DNA of 64,000 bases from a virus. Shown in pieces: positions 45,830 through 55,780 of the stretch. Each line of letters opens with the position of its first letter. Positions within the stretch are counted from its first letter, which is position 1. The stretch covers positions 1 through 64,000 of the IMG/VR virus record IMGVR_UViG_3300013099_000018. One strand, 5' to 3'. The position numbers were made by a program, and so were the translations under genes. The notes under the pieces are model-generated. The model saw only the letters and a list, made by a program, of their open reading frames with translations. It did no database searches and was not told where the DNA came from.

Positions 45830-46087
45830 ATGGTAGTGTACATAATAGATGAATGGGATACTTTCTTAGAAGCAGTAGCAACATCAAGGTACAAACTCTA
45901 CAGAGTTAAGAAATTCGACAACAAAGCAATAGTTCAAGCAAAAGCTGGAAGATTAGGCTTTGAGAAAACATTTGACCTTACAAACCCTCGGGAAAAAGAG
46001 GAGTTCGAAAGAATAATGAACGACATCAAAATATGGGATTTCGTAGAAGTAAAAAAAGTAGTAAACGATGACGAATTCTTTTATTGA
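45830..46087 (+). CDS. hypothetical protein
   Basis: 85 aa; AT-rich promoter-like sequence upstream. Confidence 0.6.
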   Translation: MVVYIIDEWDTFLEAVATSRYKLYRVKKFDNKAIVQAKAGRLGFEKTFDLTNPREKEEFERIMNDIKIWDFVEVKKVVNDDEFFY

Positions 46088-46097
46088 ATATTACGTT

Positions 46098-46385
46098 TTA
46101 GCTTTTTTTGCTTTTGTTTAAATAATGTACCAATACTTTCATCACTACTACCCCCTTAATCAACTTATCCAAATCAATCTCACTTTCATCGAATCCCAAC
46201 CACCTCAGTAACTTAACGGAAGCTTCAACAAACTTTCCAGTCTTAACTATTTGCTTAAACTCCTCTGAATATTGCCTAAACAACTCATCATATTGTTCTT
46301 TTGAGATACTGAGTATCTCATAAATCACCTTAGATTTTTTAGCTCTATCCAGTATTTCATCAATAATATTCAAACTATACCACAA
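46098..46385 (-). CDS. hypothetical protein
   Basis: 95 aa ORF; start uncertain. Confidence 0.5.
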   Translation of the reverse strand: MWYSLNIIDEILDRAKKSKVIYEILSISKEQYDELFRQYSEEFKQIVKTGKFVEASVKLLRWLGFDESEIDLDKLIKGVVVMKVLVHYLNKSKKS

Positions 46386-46593
46386 TATCTATATTAGCTT
46401 TACCTCAAATCTCGACAATTAAACGAACCCTATAATTAAACTATTCATCGAATGCAACAACATTTCGAATTATCCGAATCAGAGATAAAAAAGAAATCCC
46501 AAACCACAATTTTAATTGAGTAACACCATGAAAATTATTTCCCCTAGGATTATTTTATAACGGTAGCACTTAATAATACTAAATATAAAAAAA

Positions 46594-47601
46594 TTATGCA
46601 ATGGGATACCTATACTTGGCATGAGTCTCTGGATGTACCACGTCATAGCAATCCCAGTAGACATAGTATACCCAAGGGCTAACGATGCGATTCTCGACAT
46701 CGAGGTACGTTAGTAATTCATCCAACCTTATTAGAGTTAGAGGATTAATCCAATCGTTAGGATTGACGAGCATGATTCTTGAATTGTTTATCAAGTCTCT
46801 TATTCTTAACATTAATGAGTAATTACGCCTATATCTATTGAACCACTCTGGATTGACGTACTTAGCAATGTTGTAAACTGATTCAATTATGCAATATATA
46901 GCACTCTTGTAACCAACGCAATCGAACATTCTTATCTCGATGGTATCAACGCTCTTAATTCTATGCCTTCCCTCTTTACGGTTAGTGTTTATGATTATAT
47001 CATGATACCTATGACTTAAGTTAGCCTCTTCATCATATATCCAGTAATCTTCGTATTCATAGTTGTCATAATGCAACGGTAGAGTTCCGATGTGAGGACT
47101 TTCAAGTTGTCTAAGACTTAACACTTCACCGTATCTTTCGCTCTTAAATGGAGCGGACAATGTAATTCTTGTAATATCGAGAACAAATGGGTACATTGCT
47201 AAAGCATGCTCGACCATTCTGCCAAAGCTCATTTCGGGCTTGTAGCTAACGTGAACATGGAAACCGCAGAACATTCCTCCTTTGATATACGAAACTGGAG
47301 CTATGATACATTCTTTTTCTCTTGCAACTCTCGAAACCTCTTTCATTAGCTCGATTAGCTCATCAGCAACTTCTTTCCAGTCCTCAGAAGGATTAGTTCT
47401 AATCTCAAGCTGGTACTCATAGTAGTCTTTGTAAACCCTTTCATCGAACTCTGAGTAAATGTCCTCGATTACGTCTTTCTCATTTAGTAGTTCATATCTA
47501 TCTTCATAGATGTCGATGAGATAGATTTCCATCTCAGCACCAATTACAACCTCTTTTTCAAACTTAGCCTCTAAAGCTTCTTCCAACCTCGAAAGGAGCA
47601 T
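46594..47601 (-). CDS. carboxylate-amine ligase (glutamate-cysteine ligase/GCS2-like fold)
   Basis: IGAEMEIYL, QLEIRTNP, GFHVHV, TIEIRMFD; GAGGTGA SD before MLLSRL (track start 47625). Confidence 0.8.
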   Translation of the reverse strand: MLLSRLEEALEAKFEKEVVIGAEMEIYLIDIYEDRYELLNEKDVIEDIYSEFDERVYKDYYEYQLEIRTNPSEDWKEVADELIELMKEVSRVAREKECIIAPVSYIKGGMFCGFHVHVSYKPEMSFGRMVEHALAMYPFVLDITRITLSAPFKSERYGEVLSLRQLESPHIGTLPLHYDNYEYEDYWIYDEEANLSHRYHDIIINTNRKEGRHRIKSVDTIEIRMFDCVGYKSAIYCIIESVYNIAKYVNPEWFNRYRRNYSLMLRIRDLINNSRIMLVNPNDWINPLTLIRLDELLTYLDVENRIVSPWVYYVYWDCYDVVHPETHAKYRYPIA

Positions 47602-47628
47602 ACCCATCACCTCACTTAAATCCAAAAA

Positions 47629-48480
47629 TTAGAGGTAAAATCTCCAATCTCTCCAGATATCCCATTCTTCCTCAACATGGCAATCGCAGTTTAGTGATTT
47701 CCCTTTAACCTTGAACTCGATGAAGTCATTGTATTCTTCTCCGTCTCTTGAATAAACGAGGAGTTCACAGTCTCTTAAAGCTTTGATTTTCTTGACCCTG
47801 ATTTCTTCGAGCATCCATCTTTCTGATGCAAACCATAGCTTGCTGTTTTTGAAACCATAGAACAATGGTCTTTCAAATCTGAATAAAGCAAGTAGGTCAT
47901 CTTTCTTTGAATATATCCAGAGTGCCATGTCCCCGAAATATATCAAGTAGCTTAAGGCTCTTTCGAGAGCCTCGATGAAATCATTGTATTTGTTATACTC
48001 TTCTTGAATTGCTACTCCTATTTCGAATGAGTCTGTTTCAGGCAAATCCGTTTCAACTTTACCAAGTATTTCATAGGTATCGATGTATTCGTAATCGTAA
48101 TCGAATTTAGAATTTCCACTCCTTATGTCCTTGAACAATGTATATTCGTAAAGCATGCCATTGTGAGCAAATACTATATCCTTAAGCTCGAAAGGATGGT
48201 TGTTTTTGTTTTTCAATGGGTCTCCAATGGTTGGCTCTCTGGTGTGCATTAGGAACATGTTTCTACCTACAACAAGCTCACTGAATGGTCTTATCCTATC
48301 AATCATCTCGATGACATCTGAAGCACTGGAAGGGAACTTTATCACGTTTTCACCATTGTAAAAGCCAAAGGCTTTATCGCCTCTCGATTGCAGATAGATT
48401 GCTAGCTCGATGAGTCTCTTGGCATCTCTCTTGTCCAGTCTTACATCACCTAATCCCCAAACTCCACCTATACCGCACAT
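47629..48480 (-). CDS. class II (Ntn) glutamine amidotransferase
   Basis: N-terminal MCGIGG, SRG, HTR, NNHPF, AHNG, ETDS. Confidence 0.9.
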   Translation of the reverse strand: MCGIGGVWGLGDVRLDKRDAKRLIELAIYLQSRGDKAFGFYNGENVIKFPSSASDVIEMIDRIRPFSELVVGRNMFLMHTREPTIGDPLKNKNNHPFELKDIVFAHNGMLYEYTLFKDIRSGNSKFDYDYEYIDTYEILGKVETDLPETDSFEIGVAIQEEYNKYNDFIEALERALSYLIYFGDMALWIYSKKDDLLALFRFERPLFYGFKNSKLWFASERWMLEEIRVKKIKALRDCELLVYSRDGEEYNDFIEFKVKGKSLNCDCHVEEEWDIWRDWRFYL

Positions 48481-48609
48481 ACTACCACCTCTACAATAAA
48501 ATAGTCGAACAAACGTTATATAAACCTTGCGGTATTAATGAGATAGGGATTTAGATATAATGGCTTGAGATTCTTTAGAAACGAATAAGGTGGAAAAACA
48601 AAAAAGGAT

Positions 48610-48864
48610 TTAATAGTTTTTATATTCCTGAAGTAGCTGGACTATAGATTCTAATCTCGACATTAATAGCCTTATATCTTCACCATATTTATCAAGTAAC
48701 TCTGTGAATGTCTTTAGTACAGTTTCATCTTTGTATTTCATACTGTGTAAGATTACAGCTATATGTCCAACTTCTGTTTTTATCTCTCTAAGGCTACTTA
48801 GGACTGCTTCCAGCTTACCATAAGTATACCATACTGTTTTTTCCAATTCAACCCTACCCTCCAT
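48610..48864 (-). CDS. small coiled-coil early protein
   Basis: Shared promoter motif and GAGGTGG SD. Confidence 0.6.
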   Translation of the reverse strand: MEGRVELEKTVWYTYGKLEAVLSSLREIKTEVGHIAVILHSMKYKDETVLKTFTELLDKYGEDIRLLMSRLESIVQLLQEYKNY

Positions 48865-49002
48865 CTCAACCACCTCTATACCTAACTATGCCATAATTGT
48901 TATATAAATCTTGTGGTATTACACTATAGAGGATTAGCAGATAGAACCAAGCTAAACAATTTTAGAATTATTACAAAAAAGGAGAAATAATTAAAGAAAT
49001 AA

Positions 49003-49368
49003 TTAGATTGAAAGTTTTATGATTGGCTCTAGAATGTTCCTGAGTTTTTCAATACCATATGCTCCAGTTGCGAATATTGTTAAGTAGTATTCACCAAAAC
49101 TGTAAGCACAAATGCATGAACCAGGAATTATGCTTGAAATTTTGGATTCATCTCCTTTTCTCACGACAATACTCGCCTGCACCTCGTAGATGTTCTCTCC
49201 GATTTCTGCGACCTTTATCGCACTGTGTGCAAGGATTTTTGGTTGTACTGGCTTGTGTATATAGACTGTTTGACCATCTACATGAACTTCTGCCCCGAAT
49301 TTCTTTGCTAACTCTTCTACTATTTTTACCATTTCCAATTCAACCCTATCCACCTTAGCCTTTGCCAT
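49003..49368 (-). CDS. small early protein
   Basis: Shared promoter motif and GAGGTGG SD; 5' end similar to 48610..48864. Confidence 0.65.
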   Translation of the reverse strand: MAKAKVDRVELEMVKIVEELAKKFGAEVHVDGQTVYIHKPVQPKILAHSAIKVAEIGENIYEVQASIVVRKGDESKISSIIPGSCICAYSFGEYYLTIFATGAYGIEKLRNILEPIIKLSI

Positions 49369-49404
49369 CTCAACCACCTCTATCTTATCCTATACCGCAA
49401 TTGC

Positions 49405-49425
49405 TATATAAACTTTGCGGTATTA
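49405..49425 (-). promoter_or_regulatory. conserved promoter TAATACCGCAAAGTTTATATA; variants near 48515-48537, 48900-48922 and 51301-51322
   Basis: The same motif plus TATA precedes four consecutive terminal transcription units. Confidence 0.8.
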
Positions 49426-49910
49426 GCTCGACATAACAATTAAAACCTCTCGACATATTTATAAAAATGGCTCGATGTAAAGGATATCAAGAATATTCCG
49501 ACAGATGAATGAAAACGGCTCGACATGAGCCTCTTTCGCCCCCCATTCTGGGATTTTTATAATTTGATTTTTATAATTTCGCCCCCATGTTAGTCTCCGC
49601 CCCCGCCTCCGCATTCTATTGCGGATTTTTATAATTTGGTTTTTATTGTTTTCACCCTTTGCTAATGTCCATGCCTACCGTGATTTCCTTTTTGGGGTTT
49701 TTATAATGCGATTTTTATAATGACTGCCGTGTCATAATGTCTGATTCCCACATGCTGACATTTATCGAGCATTTTTATTGTTTTTGTTTTATTTCTGCGA
49801 TTTTATTTTTCGCCCATGATTTTAAGTAGCAGTATAGGCATATGTCATCATCATGCTTTGGACTTCCCCCTATAAACCATTCACCGCAAATTCGACACTT
49901 TGGCATGTTT

Positions 49911-51278
49911 TCACCCCCAAGCTTTTATCTGGTTTACAACTTTTCTGTCGATGCCTAAACTTTCAAGCTTACTGATGAATTCATTGAAGTTGTTACTACT
50001 CCATGCTATTTTTGTTAGGATAGTGTTTAGTTTATCATCAGTTTCGACAAAAATAATTTTAGTTTGTAGTTGTGTTGTTTTGCTTTTAGTTCTATATTTG
50101 GTATTTTGCTTAATTGCAAATTTGCTTAAGTCAAATTCAGAATCTGTGGATTCTTCATATTTTGGATATTTAAATCGGTATTCTAGAGCTTTTAGTAAGT
50201 TTACCCCTAGTTCTTTGCTAAGTTTTATAAGTGGTTTTCTTATAAACTTAATAAGTAGTTTAAACTTATTCCTAAGATATAGTTTATCTAATTTGTTTAA
50301 TTCTTTACCATAATAGTTTATCTTTTCATAGATTTCTTTAGTTTTGTTGAAGTTTGGTTCATCGAAAGGAATTTCGTAAGTTTTTAGAGCAATTGCTAAT
50401 AACGTAGCTGTAAGCAAAACATGGTTATCAACGTCTTTAGGTGAATCTGGGAATCTTATTTCTACAGCATAATCCTTAAGATGTACACAACAGTATTTGT
50501 TTATGAAATGGTTTTTGTAGTTGTCATATTCATCTGGGAATTCCTTATATTCATATCTTTCGTAAGTATCAGGAAAACAAAACATATAGCTAAGCAAATC
50601 GCTAAAGAATAGTATATTTGAGGCAATAATTGTATCATAATCGAGCCATGACTTATTGCCATTTTCCCAGGAGATATTAATGTGTCCACCACATTTATCT
50701 TCAATGCTTATGTTTTCTTTTCCAATTTCTGAAACAATAGCCTTAATAGCATGCCAATAGTCTTTTAATGAGCTAAATGGTTTAGTAACAAATTCCATGC
50801 CACAAGATTCATCGTAATAGTAGTTATCTAAGTATGGTTCAATCTTTGAAATATCAATGTCATCTAAGCTATAATAGTCATTATATGGGCAATAATCCCT
50901 ATTGTAAATGTATTCACAATCACTACACCTATCGCAACAATCACACACCAGTTCTTGCCACAAATAGTTTTCTTGACAAACTTCGCAAATATCTCTATCA
51001 TCATTTTCTTCAAGATATCCATGCCTTATTGCGTAATCCCTTATGTCTTCGGGATTACATCTTTCGCAATATAGTTGTTCATTTTGGCAATATTCACAAA
51101 CTGGGCAATTGTCGCAAATTGCACAATAAGAACAGCTTTCACAGTCATAACCGCTTATTACTGTTTCGATTTCTGTTCCTATTTTGTACATGAGTTTTGG
51201 TTTTATTGCTATTTGCTGTTTTTCCGATTCTTTTCCTGATTCTTCTATTATTTTGTCAATAATCTTATCTAACTCCAT
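49911..51278 (-). CDS. amidoligase (COOH-NH2 ligase fold) with a large Cys-rich insertion
   Basis: IGTEIE, GMEFVTKP, CGGHINIS, VEIRFPD; leaderless start MELDK 22 nt after TTTATATAA (track start 51320). Confidence 0.75.
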   Translation of the reverse strand: MELDKIIDKIIEESGKESEKQQIAIKPKLMYKIGTEIETVISGYDCESCSYCAICDNCPVCEYCQNEQLYCERCNPEDIRDYAIRHGYLEENDDRDICEVCQENYLWQELVCDCCDRCSDCEYIYNRDYCPYNDYYSLDDIDISKIEPYLDNYYYDESCGMEFVTKPFSSLKDYWHAIKAIVSEIGKENISIEDKCGGHINISWENGNKSWLDYDTIIASNILFFSDLLSYMFCFPDTYERYEYKEFPDEYDNYKNHFINKYCCVHLKDYAVEIRFPDSPKDVDNHVLLTATLLAIALKTYEIPFDEPNFNKTKEIYEKINYYGKELNKLDKLYLRNKFKLLIKFIRKPLIKLSKELGVNLLKALEYRFKYPKYEESTDSEFDLSKFAIKQNTKYRTKSKTTQLQTKIIFVETDDKLNTILTKIAWSSNNFNEFISKLESLGIDRKVVNQIKAWG

Positions 51279-51348
51279 GTTTAACATTATGGTGTTATTG
51301 TTATATAAACTTTGTGGCATTAATCGTAATTACACTTGTGTAAGTACA

Positions 51349-51530
51349 TATATGAAATTTCATGCATGAATTTTCATATACGAAATTTTGTGTATAAAGT
51401 TTCGTATATGAGATTTCATATAGGAATTTTCATATATGAAATTTTGTGTATAAAATTTCATGCACAAATTTTCATGCATAAAATTTTGTGAACAAAATTT
51501 CATGCACAAAATTTCATGCACAAAAATTCA
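51349..51530. repeat. degenerate 13-14 bp quasi-palindromic tandem repeats (ATGAAATTTCAT-like); mirror 52731-52912
   Basis: About 13 units such as AAAATTTCATGCAC. Confidence 0.85.
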
Positions 51531-51570
51531 CAAGTCGAATTACATAGCCTATATTACAATTCTAAAATAC

Positions 51571-51849
51571 CATTTACTTAATTGCTAATCAAAATTTGCA
51601 TTTTCATATTTGCAAACCTATAATCTCAAGCACGTATTTCCATGCCTTAAATTCCACAAGCGTAAGTACACAATTGTAATTAGTTTGACGAAATTCAATA
51701 GCTGTAATTTGGCGTTCCCAATTAGCTATGTTTAATTGCACTTTTGAACTTACATATTTGTAATTACTCTGTGGTACTTGCATAGCTGTAATTTCGTGCC
51801 TGAAATTGCGTACCTTCAATTTCACAAGACGTATTACACTAATGCAATT
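51571..51849. repeat. degenerate 28-bp-period array; mirror 52412-52690
   Basis: In the mirror arm AATT starts at 52412, 52440, 52468, 52496, 52524, 52552, 52580 and 52608, with GATT at 52636. Confidence 0.75.
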
Positions 51850-52100
51850 TCAGCATGAATCAATGGCTTGTTTTAATATAATCCTAATAATAAAAAGCAA
51901 TTTATACTTGGTTTGCATACACAAGATTTATTCATCTTAAATTATACAAACGGAGCAATGCACAAAGACACAGTCGAGCCATGATGATGAGGCAAATTGA
52001 AATCCACACAGCACTATAAAAATCGAATTATAAAAAACCGCAAACAAAATGGCACAGACGGATTCGCACAAAAATATAAAAACCGAATTATAAAAAACCG

Positions 52101-52160
52101 CTGGCGGAAACCCACATTATATTATTACACGTGTAATAATATAATGTGGGTTTCCGCCAG
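52101..52160. other. putative hairpin telomere or head-to-head junction
   Basis: CTGGCGGAAACCCACATTATATTATTACAC|GTGTAATAATATAATGTGGGTTTCCGCCAG in a non-coding, repeat-rich context. Confidence 0.65.
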
Positions 52161-52982
52161 CGGTTTTTTATAATTCGGTTTTTATATTTTTGTGCGAATC
52201 CGTCTGTGCCATTTTGTTTGCGGTTTTTTATAATTCGATTTTTATAGTGCTGTGTGGATTTCAATTTGCCTCATCATCATGGCTCGACTGTGTCTTTGTG
52301 CATTGCTCCGTTTGTATAATTTAAGATGAATAAATCTTGTGTATGCAAACCAAGTATAAATTGCTTTTTATTATTAGGATTATATTAAAACAAGCCATTG
52401 ATTCATGCTGAAATTGCATTAGTGTAATACGTCTTGTGAAATTGAAGGTACGCAATTTCAGGCACGAAATTACAGCTATGCAAGTACCACAGAGTAATTA
52501 CAAATATGTAAGTTCAAAAGTGCAATTAAACATAGCTAATTGGGAACGCCAAATTACAGCTATTGAATTTCGTCAAACTAATTACAATTGTGTACTTACG
52601 CTTGTGGAATTTAAGGCATGGAAATACGTGCTTGAGATTATAGGTTTGCAAATATGAAAATGCAAATTTTGATTAGCAATTAAGTAAATGGTATTTTAGA
52701 ATTGTAATATAGGCTATGTAATTCGACTTGTGAATTTTTGTGCATGAAATTTTGTGCATGAAATTTTGTTCACAAAATTTTATGCATGAAAATTTGTGCA
52801 TGAAATTTTATACACAAAATTTCATATATGAAAATTCCTATATGAAATCTCATATACGAAACTTTATACACAAAATTTCGTATATGAAAATTCATGCATG
52901 AAATTTCATATATGTACTTACACAAGTGTAATTACGATTAATGCCACAAAGTTTATATAACAATAACACCATAATGTTAAAC

Positions 52983-54350
52983 ATGGAGTTAGATAAGATT
53001 ATTGACAAAATAATAGAAGAATCAGGAAAAGAATCGGAAAAACAGCAAATAGCAATAAAACCAAAACTCATGTACAAAATAGGAACAGAAATCGAAACAG
53101 TAATAAGCGGTTATGACTGTGAAAGCTGTTCTTATTGTGCAATTTGCGACAATTGCCCAGTTTGTGAATATTGCCAAAATGAACAACTATATTGCGAAAG
53201 ATGTAATCCCGAAGACATAAGGGATTACGCAATAAGGCATGGATATCTTGAAGAAAATGATGATAGAGATATTTGCGAAGTTTGTCAAGAAAACTATTTG
53301 TGGCAAGAACTGGTGTGTGATTGTTGCGATAGGTGTAGTGATTGTGAATACATTTACAATAGGGATTATTGCCCATATAATGACTATTATAGCTTAGATG
53401 ACATTGATATTTCAAAGATTGAACCATACTTAGATAACTACTATTACGATGAATCTTGTGGCATGGAATTTGTTACTAAACCATTTAGCTCATTAAAAGA
53501 CTATTGGCATGCTATTAAGGCTATTGTTTCAGAAATTGGAAAAGAAAACATAAGCATTGAAGATAAATGTGGTGGACACATTAATATCTCCTGGGAAAAT
53601 GGCAATAAGTCATGGCTCGATTATGATACAATTATTGCCTCAAATATACTATTCTTTAGCGATTTGCTTAGCTATATGTTTTGTTTTCCTGATACTTACG
53701 AAAGATATGAATATAAGGAATTCCCAGATGAATATGACAACTACAAAAACCATTTCATAAACAAATACTGTTGTGTACATCTTAAGGATTATGCTGTAGA
53801 AATAAGATTCCCAGATTCACCTAAAGACGTTGATAACCATGTTTTGCTTACAGCTACGTTATTAGCAATTGCTCTAAAAACTTACGAAATTCCTTTCGAT
53901 GAACCAAACTTCAACAAAACTAAAGAAATCTATGAAAAGATAAACTATTATGGTAAAGAATTAAACAAATTAGATAAACTATATCTTAGGAATAAGTTTA
54001 AACTACTTATTAAGTTTATAAGAAAACCACTTATAAAACTTAGCAAAGAACTAGGGGTAAACTTACTAAAAGCTCTAGAATACCGATTTAAATATCCAAA
54101 ATATGAAGAATCCACAGATTCTGAATTTGACTTAAGCAAATTTGCAATTAAGCAAAATACCAAATATAGAACTAAAAGCAAAACAACACAACTACAAACT
54201 AAAATTATTTTTGTCGAAACTGATGATAAACTAAACACTATCCTAACAAAAATAGCATGGAGTAGTAACAACTTCAATGAATTCATCAGTAAGCTTGAAA
54301 GTTTAGGCATCGACAGAAAAGTTGTAAACCAGATAAAAGCTTGGGGGTGA
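52983..54350 (+). CDS. amidoligase with Cys-rich insertion (mirror copy)
   Basis: Identical translation to 49911..51278. Confidence 0.7.
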   Translation: MELDKIIDKIIEESGKESEKQQIAIKPKLMYKIGTEIETVISGYDCESCSYCAICDNCPVCEYCQNEQLYCERCNPEDIRDYAIRHGYLEENDDRDICEVCQENYLWQELVCDCCDRCSDCEYIYNRDYCPYNDYYSLDDIDISKIEPYLDNYYYDESCGMEFVTKPFSSLKDYWHAIKAIVSEIGKENISIEDKCGGHINISWENGNKSWLDYDTIIASNILFFSDLLSYMFCFPDTYERYEYKEFPDEYDNYKNHFINKYCCVHLKDYAVEIRFPDSPKDVDNHVLLTATLLAIALKTYEIPFDEPNFNKTKEIYEKINYYGKELNKLDKLYLRNKFKLLIKFIRKPLIKLSKELGVNLLKALEYRFKYPKYEESTDSEFDLSKFAIKQNTKYRTKSKTTQLQTKIIFVETDDKLNTILTKIAWSSNNFNEFISKLESLGIDRKVVNQIKAWG

Positions 54351-54892
54351 AAACATGCCAAAGTGTCGAATTTGCGGTGAATGGTTTATAGGGGGAAGTC
54401 CAAAGCATGATGATGACATATGCCTATACTGCTACTTAAAATCATGGGCGAAAAATAAAATCGCAGAAATAAAACAAAAACAATAAAAATGCTCGATAAA
54501 TGTCAGCATGTGGGAATCAGACATTATGACACGGCAGTCATTATAAAAATCGCATTATAAAAACCCCAAAAAGGAAATCACGGTAGGCATGGACATTAGC
54601 AAAGGGTGAAAACAATAAAAACCAAATTATAAAAATCCGCAATAGAATGCGGAGGCGGGGGCGGAGACTAACATGGGGGCGAAATTATAAAAATCAAATT
54701 ATAAAAATCCCAGAATGGGGGGCGAAAGAGGCTCATGTCGAGCCGTTTTCATTCATCTGTCGGAATATTCTTGATATCCTTTACATCGAGCCATTTTTAT
54801 AAATATGTCGAGAGGTTTTAATTGTTATGTCGAGCTAATACCGCAAAGTTTATATAGCAATTGCGGTATAGGATAAGATAGAGGTGGTTGAG

Positions 54893-55258
54893 ATGGCAAA
54901 GGCTAAGGTGGATAGGGTTGAATTGGAAATGGTAAAAATAGTAGAAGAGTTAGCAAAGAAATTCGGGGCAGAAGTTCATGTAGATGGTCAAACAGTCTAT
55001 ATACACAAGCCAGTACAACCAAAAATCCTTGCACACAGTGCGATAAAGGTCGCAGAAATCGGAGAGAACATCTACGAGGTGCAGGCGAGTATTGTCGTGA
55101 GAAAAGGAGATGAATCCAAAATTTCAAGCATAATTCCTGGTTCATGCATTTGTGCTTACAGTTTTGGTGAATACTACTTAACAATATTCGCAACTGGAGC
55201 ATATGGTATTGAAAAACTCAGGAACATTCTAGAGCCAATCATAAAACTTTCAATCTAA
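54893..55258 (+). CDS. small early protein (mirror copy)
   Basis: Mirror of 49003..49368. Confidence 0.6.
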   Translation: MAKAKVDRVELEMVKIVEELAKKFGAEVHVDGQTVYIHKPVQPKILAHSAIKVAEIGENIYEVQASIVVRKGDESKISSIIPGSCICAYSFGEYYLTIFATGAYGIEKLRNILEPIIKLSI

Positions 55259-55396
55259 TTATTTCTTTAATTATTTCTCCTTTTTTGTAATAATTCTAAA
55301 ATTGTTTAGCTTGGTTCTATCTGCTAATCCTCTATAGTGTAATACCACAAGATTTATATAACAATTATGGCATAGTTAGGTATAGAGGTGGTTGAG

Positions 55397-55651
55397 ATGG
55401 AGGGTAGGGTTGAATTGGAAAAAACAGTATGGTATACTTATGGTAAGCTGGAAGCAGTCCTAAGTAGCCTTAGAGAGATAAAAACAGAAGTTGGACATAT
55501 AGCTGTAATCTTACACAGTATGAAATACAAAGATGAAACTGTACTAAAGACATTCACAGAGTTACTTGATAAATATGGTGAAGATATAAGGCTATTAATG
55601 TCGAGATTAGAATCTATAGTCCAGCTACTTCAGGAATATAAAAACTATTAA
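55397..55651 (+). CDS. small coiled-coil early protein (mirror copy)
   Basis: Mirror of 48610..48864. Confidence 0.55.
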   Translation: MEGRVELEKTVWYTYGKLEAVLSSLREIKTEVGHIAVILHSMKYKDETVLKTFTELLDKYGEDIRLLMSRLESIVQLLQEYKNY

Positions 55652-55780
55652 ATCCTTTTTTGTTTTTCCACCTTATTCGTTTCTAAAGAATCTCAAGCCA
55701 TTATATCTAAATCCCTATCTCATTAATACCGCAAGGTTTATATAACGTTTGTTCGACTATTTTATTGTAGAGGTGGTAGT

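Noticed and set aside
45590-45836. Overlapping ORFs 45590..45802 and 45615..45836
   Set aside because: One may be a small zinc-finger gene (CFICG), but the frame and product cannot be supported from sequence alone.
51604-51825. 73-aa ORF (and mirror 52436..52657) with an apparent 28-aa repeat
   Set aside because: The peptide repeat follows from the 28-bp DNA period (3 x 28 bp = 28 codons); GTG start with no SD.
49430-52130. CRISPR or mini-CRISPR array among the terminal repeats
   Set aside because: No identical 24-40 bp repeats separated by unique spacers of even length; the Cas4-like gene stands alone.
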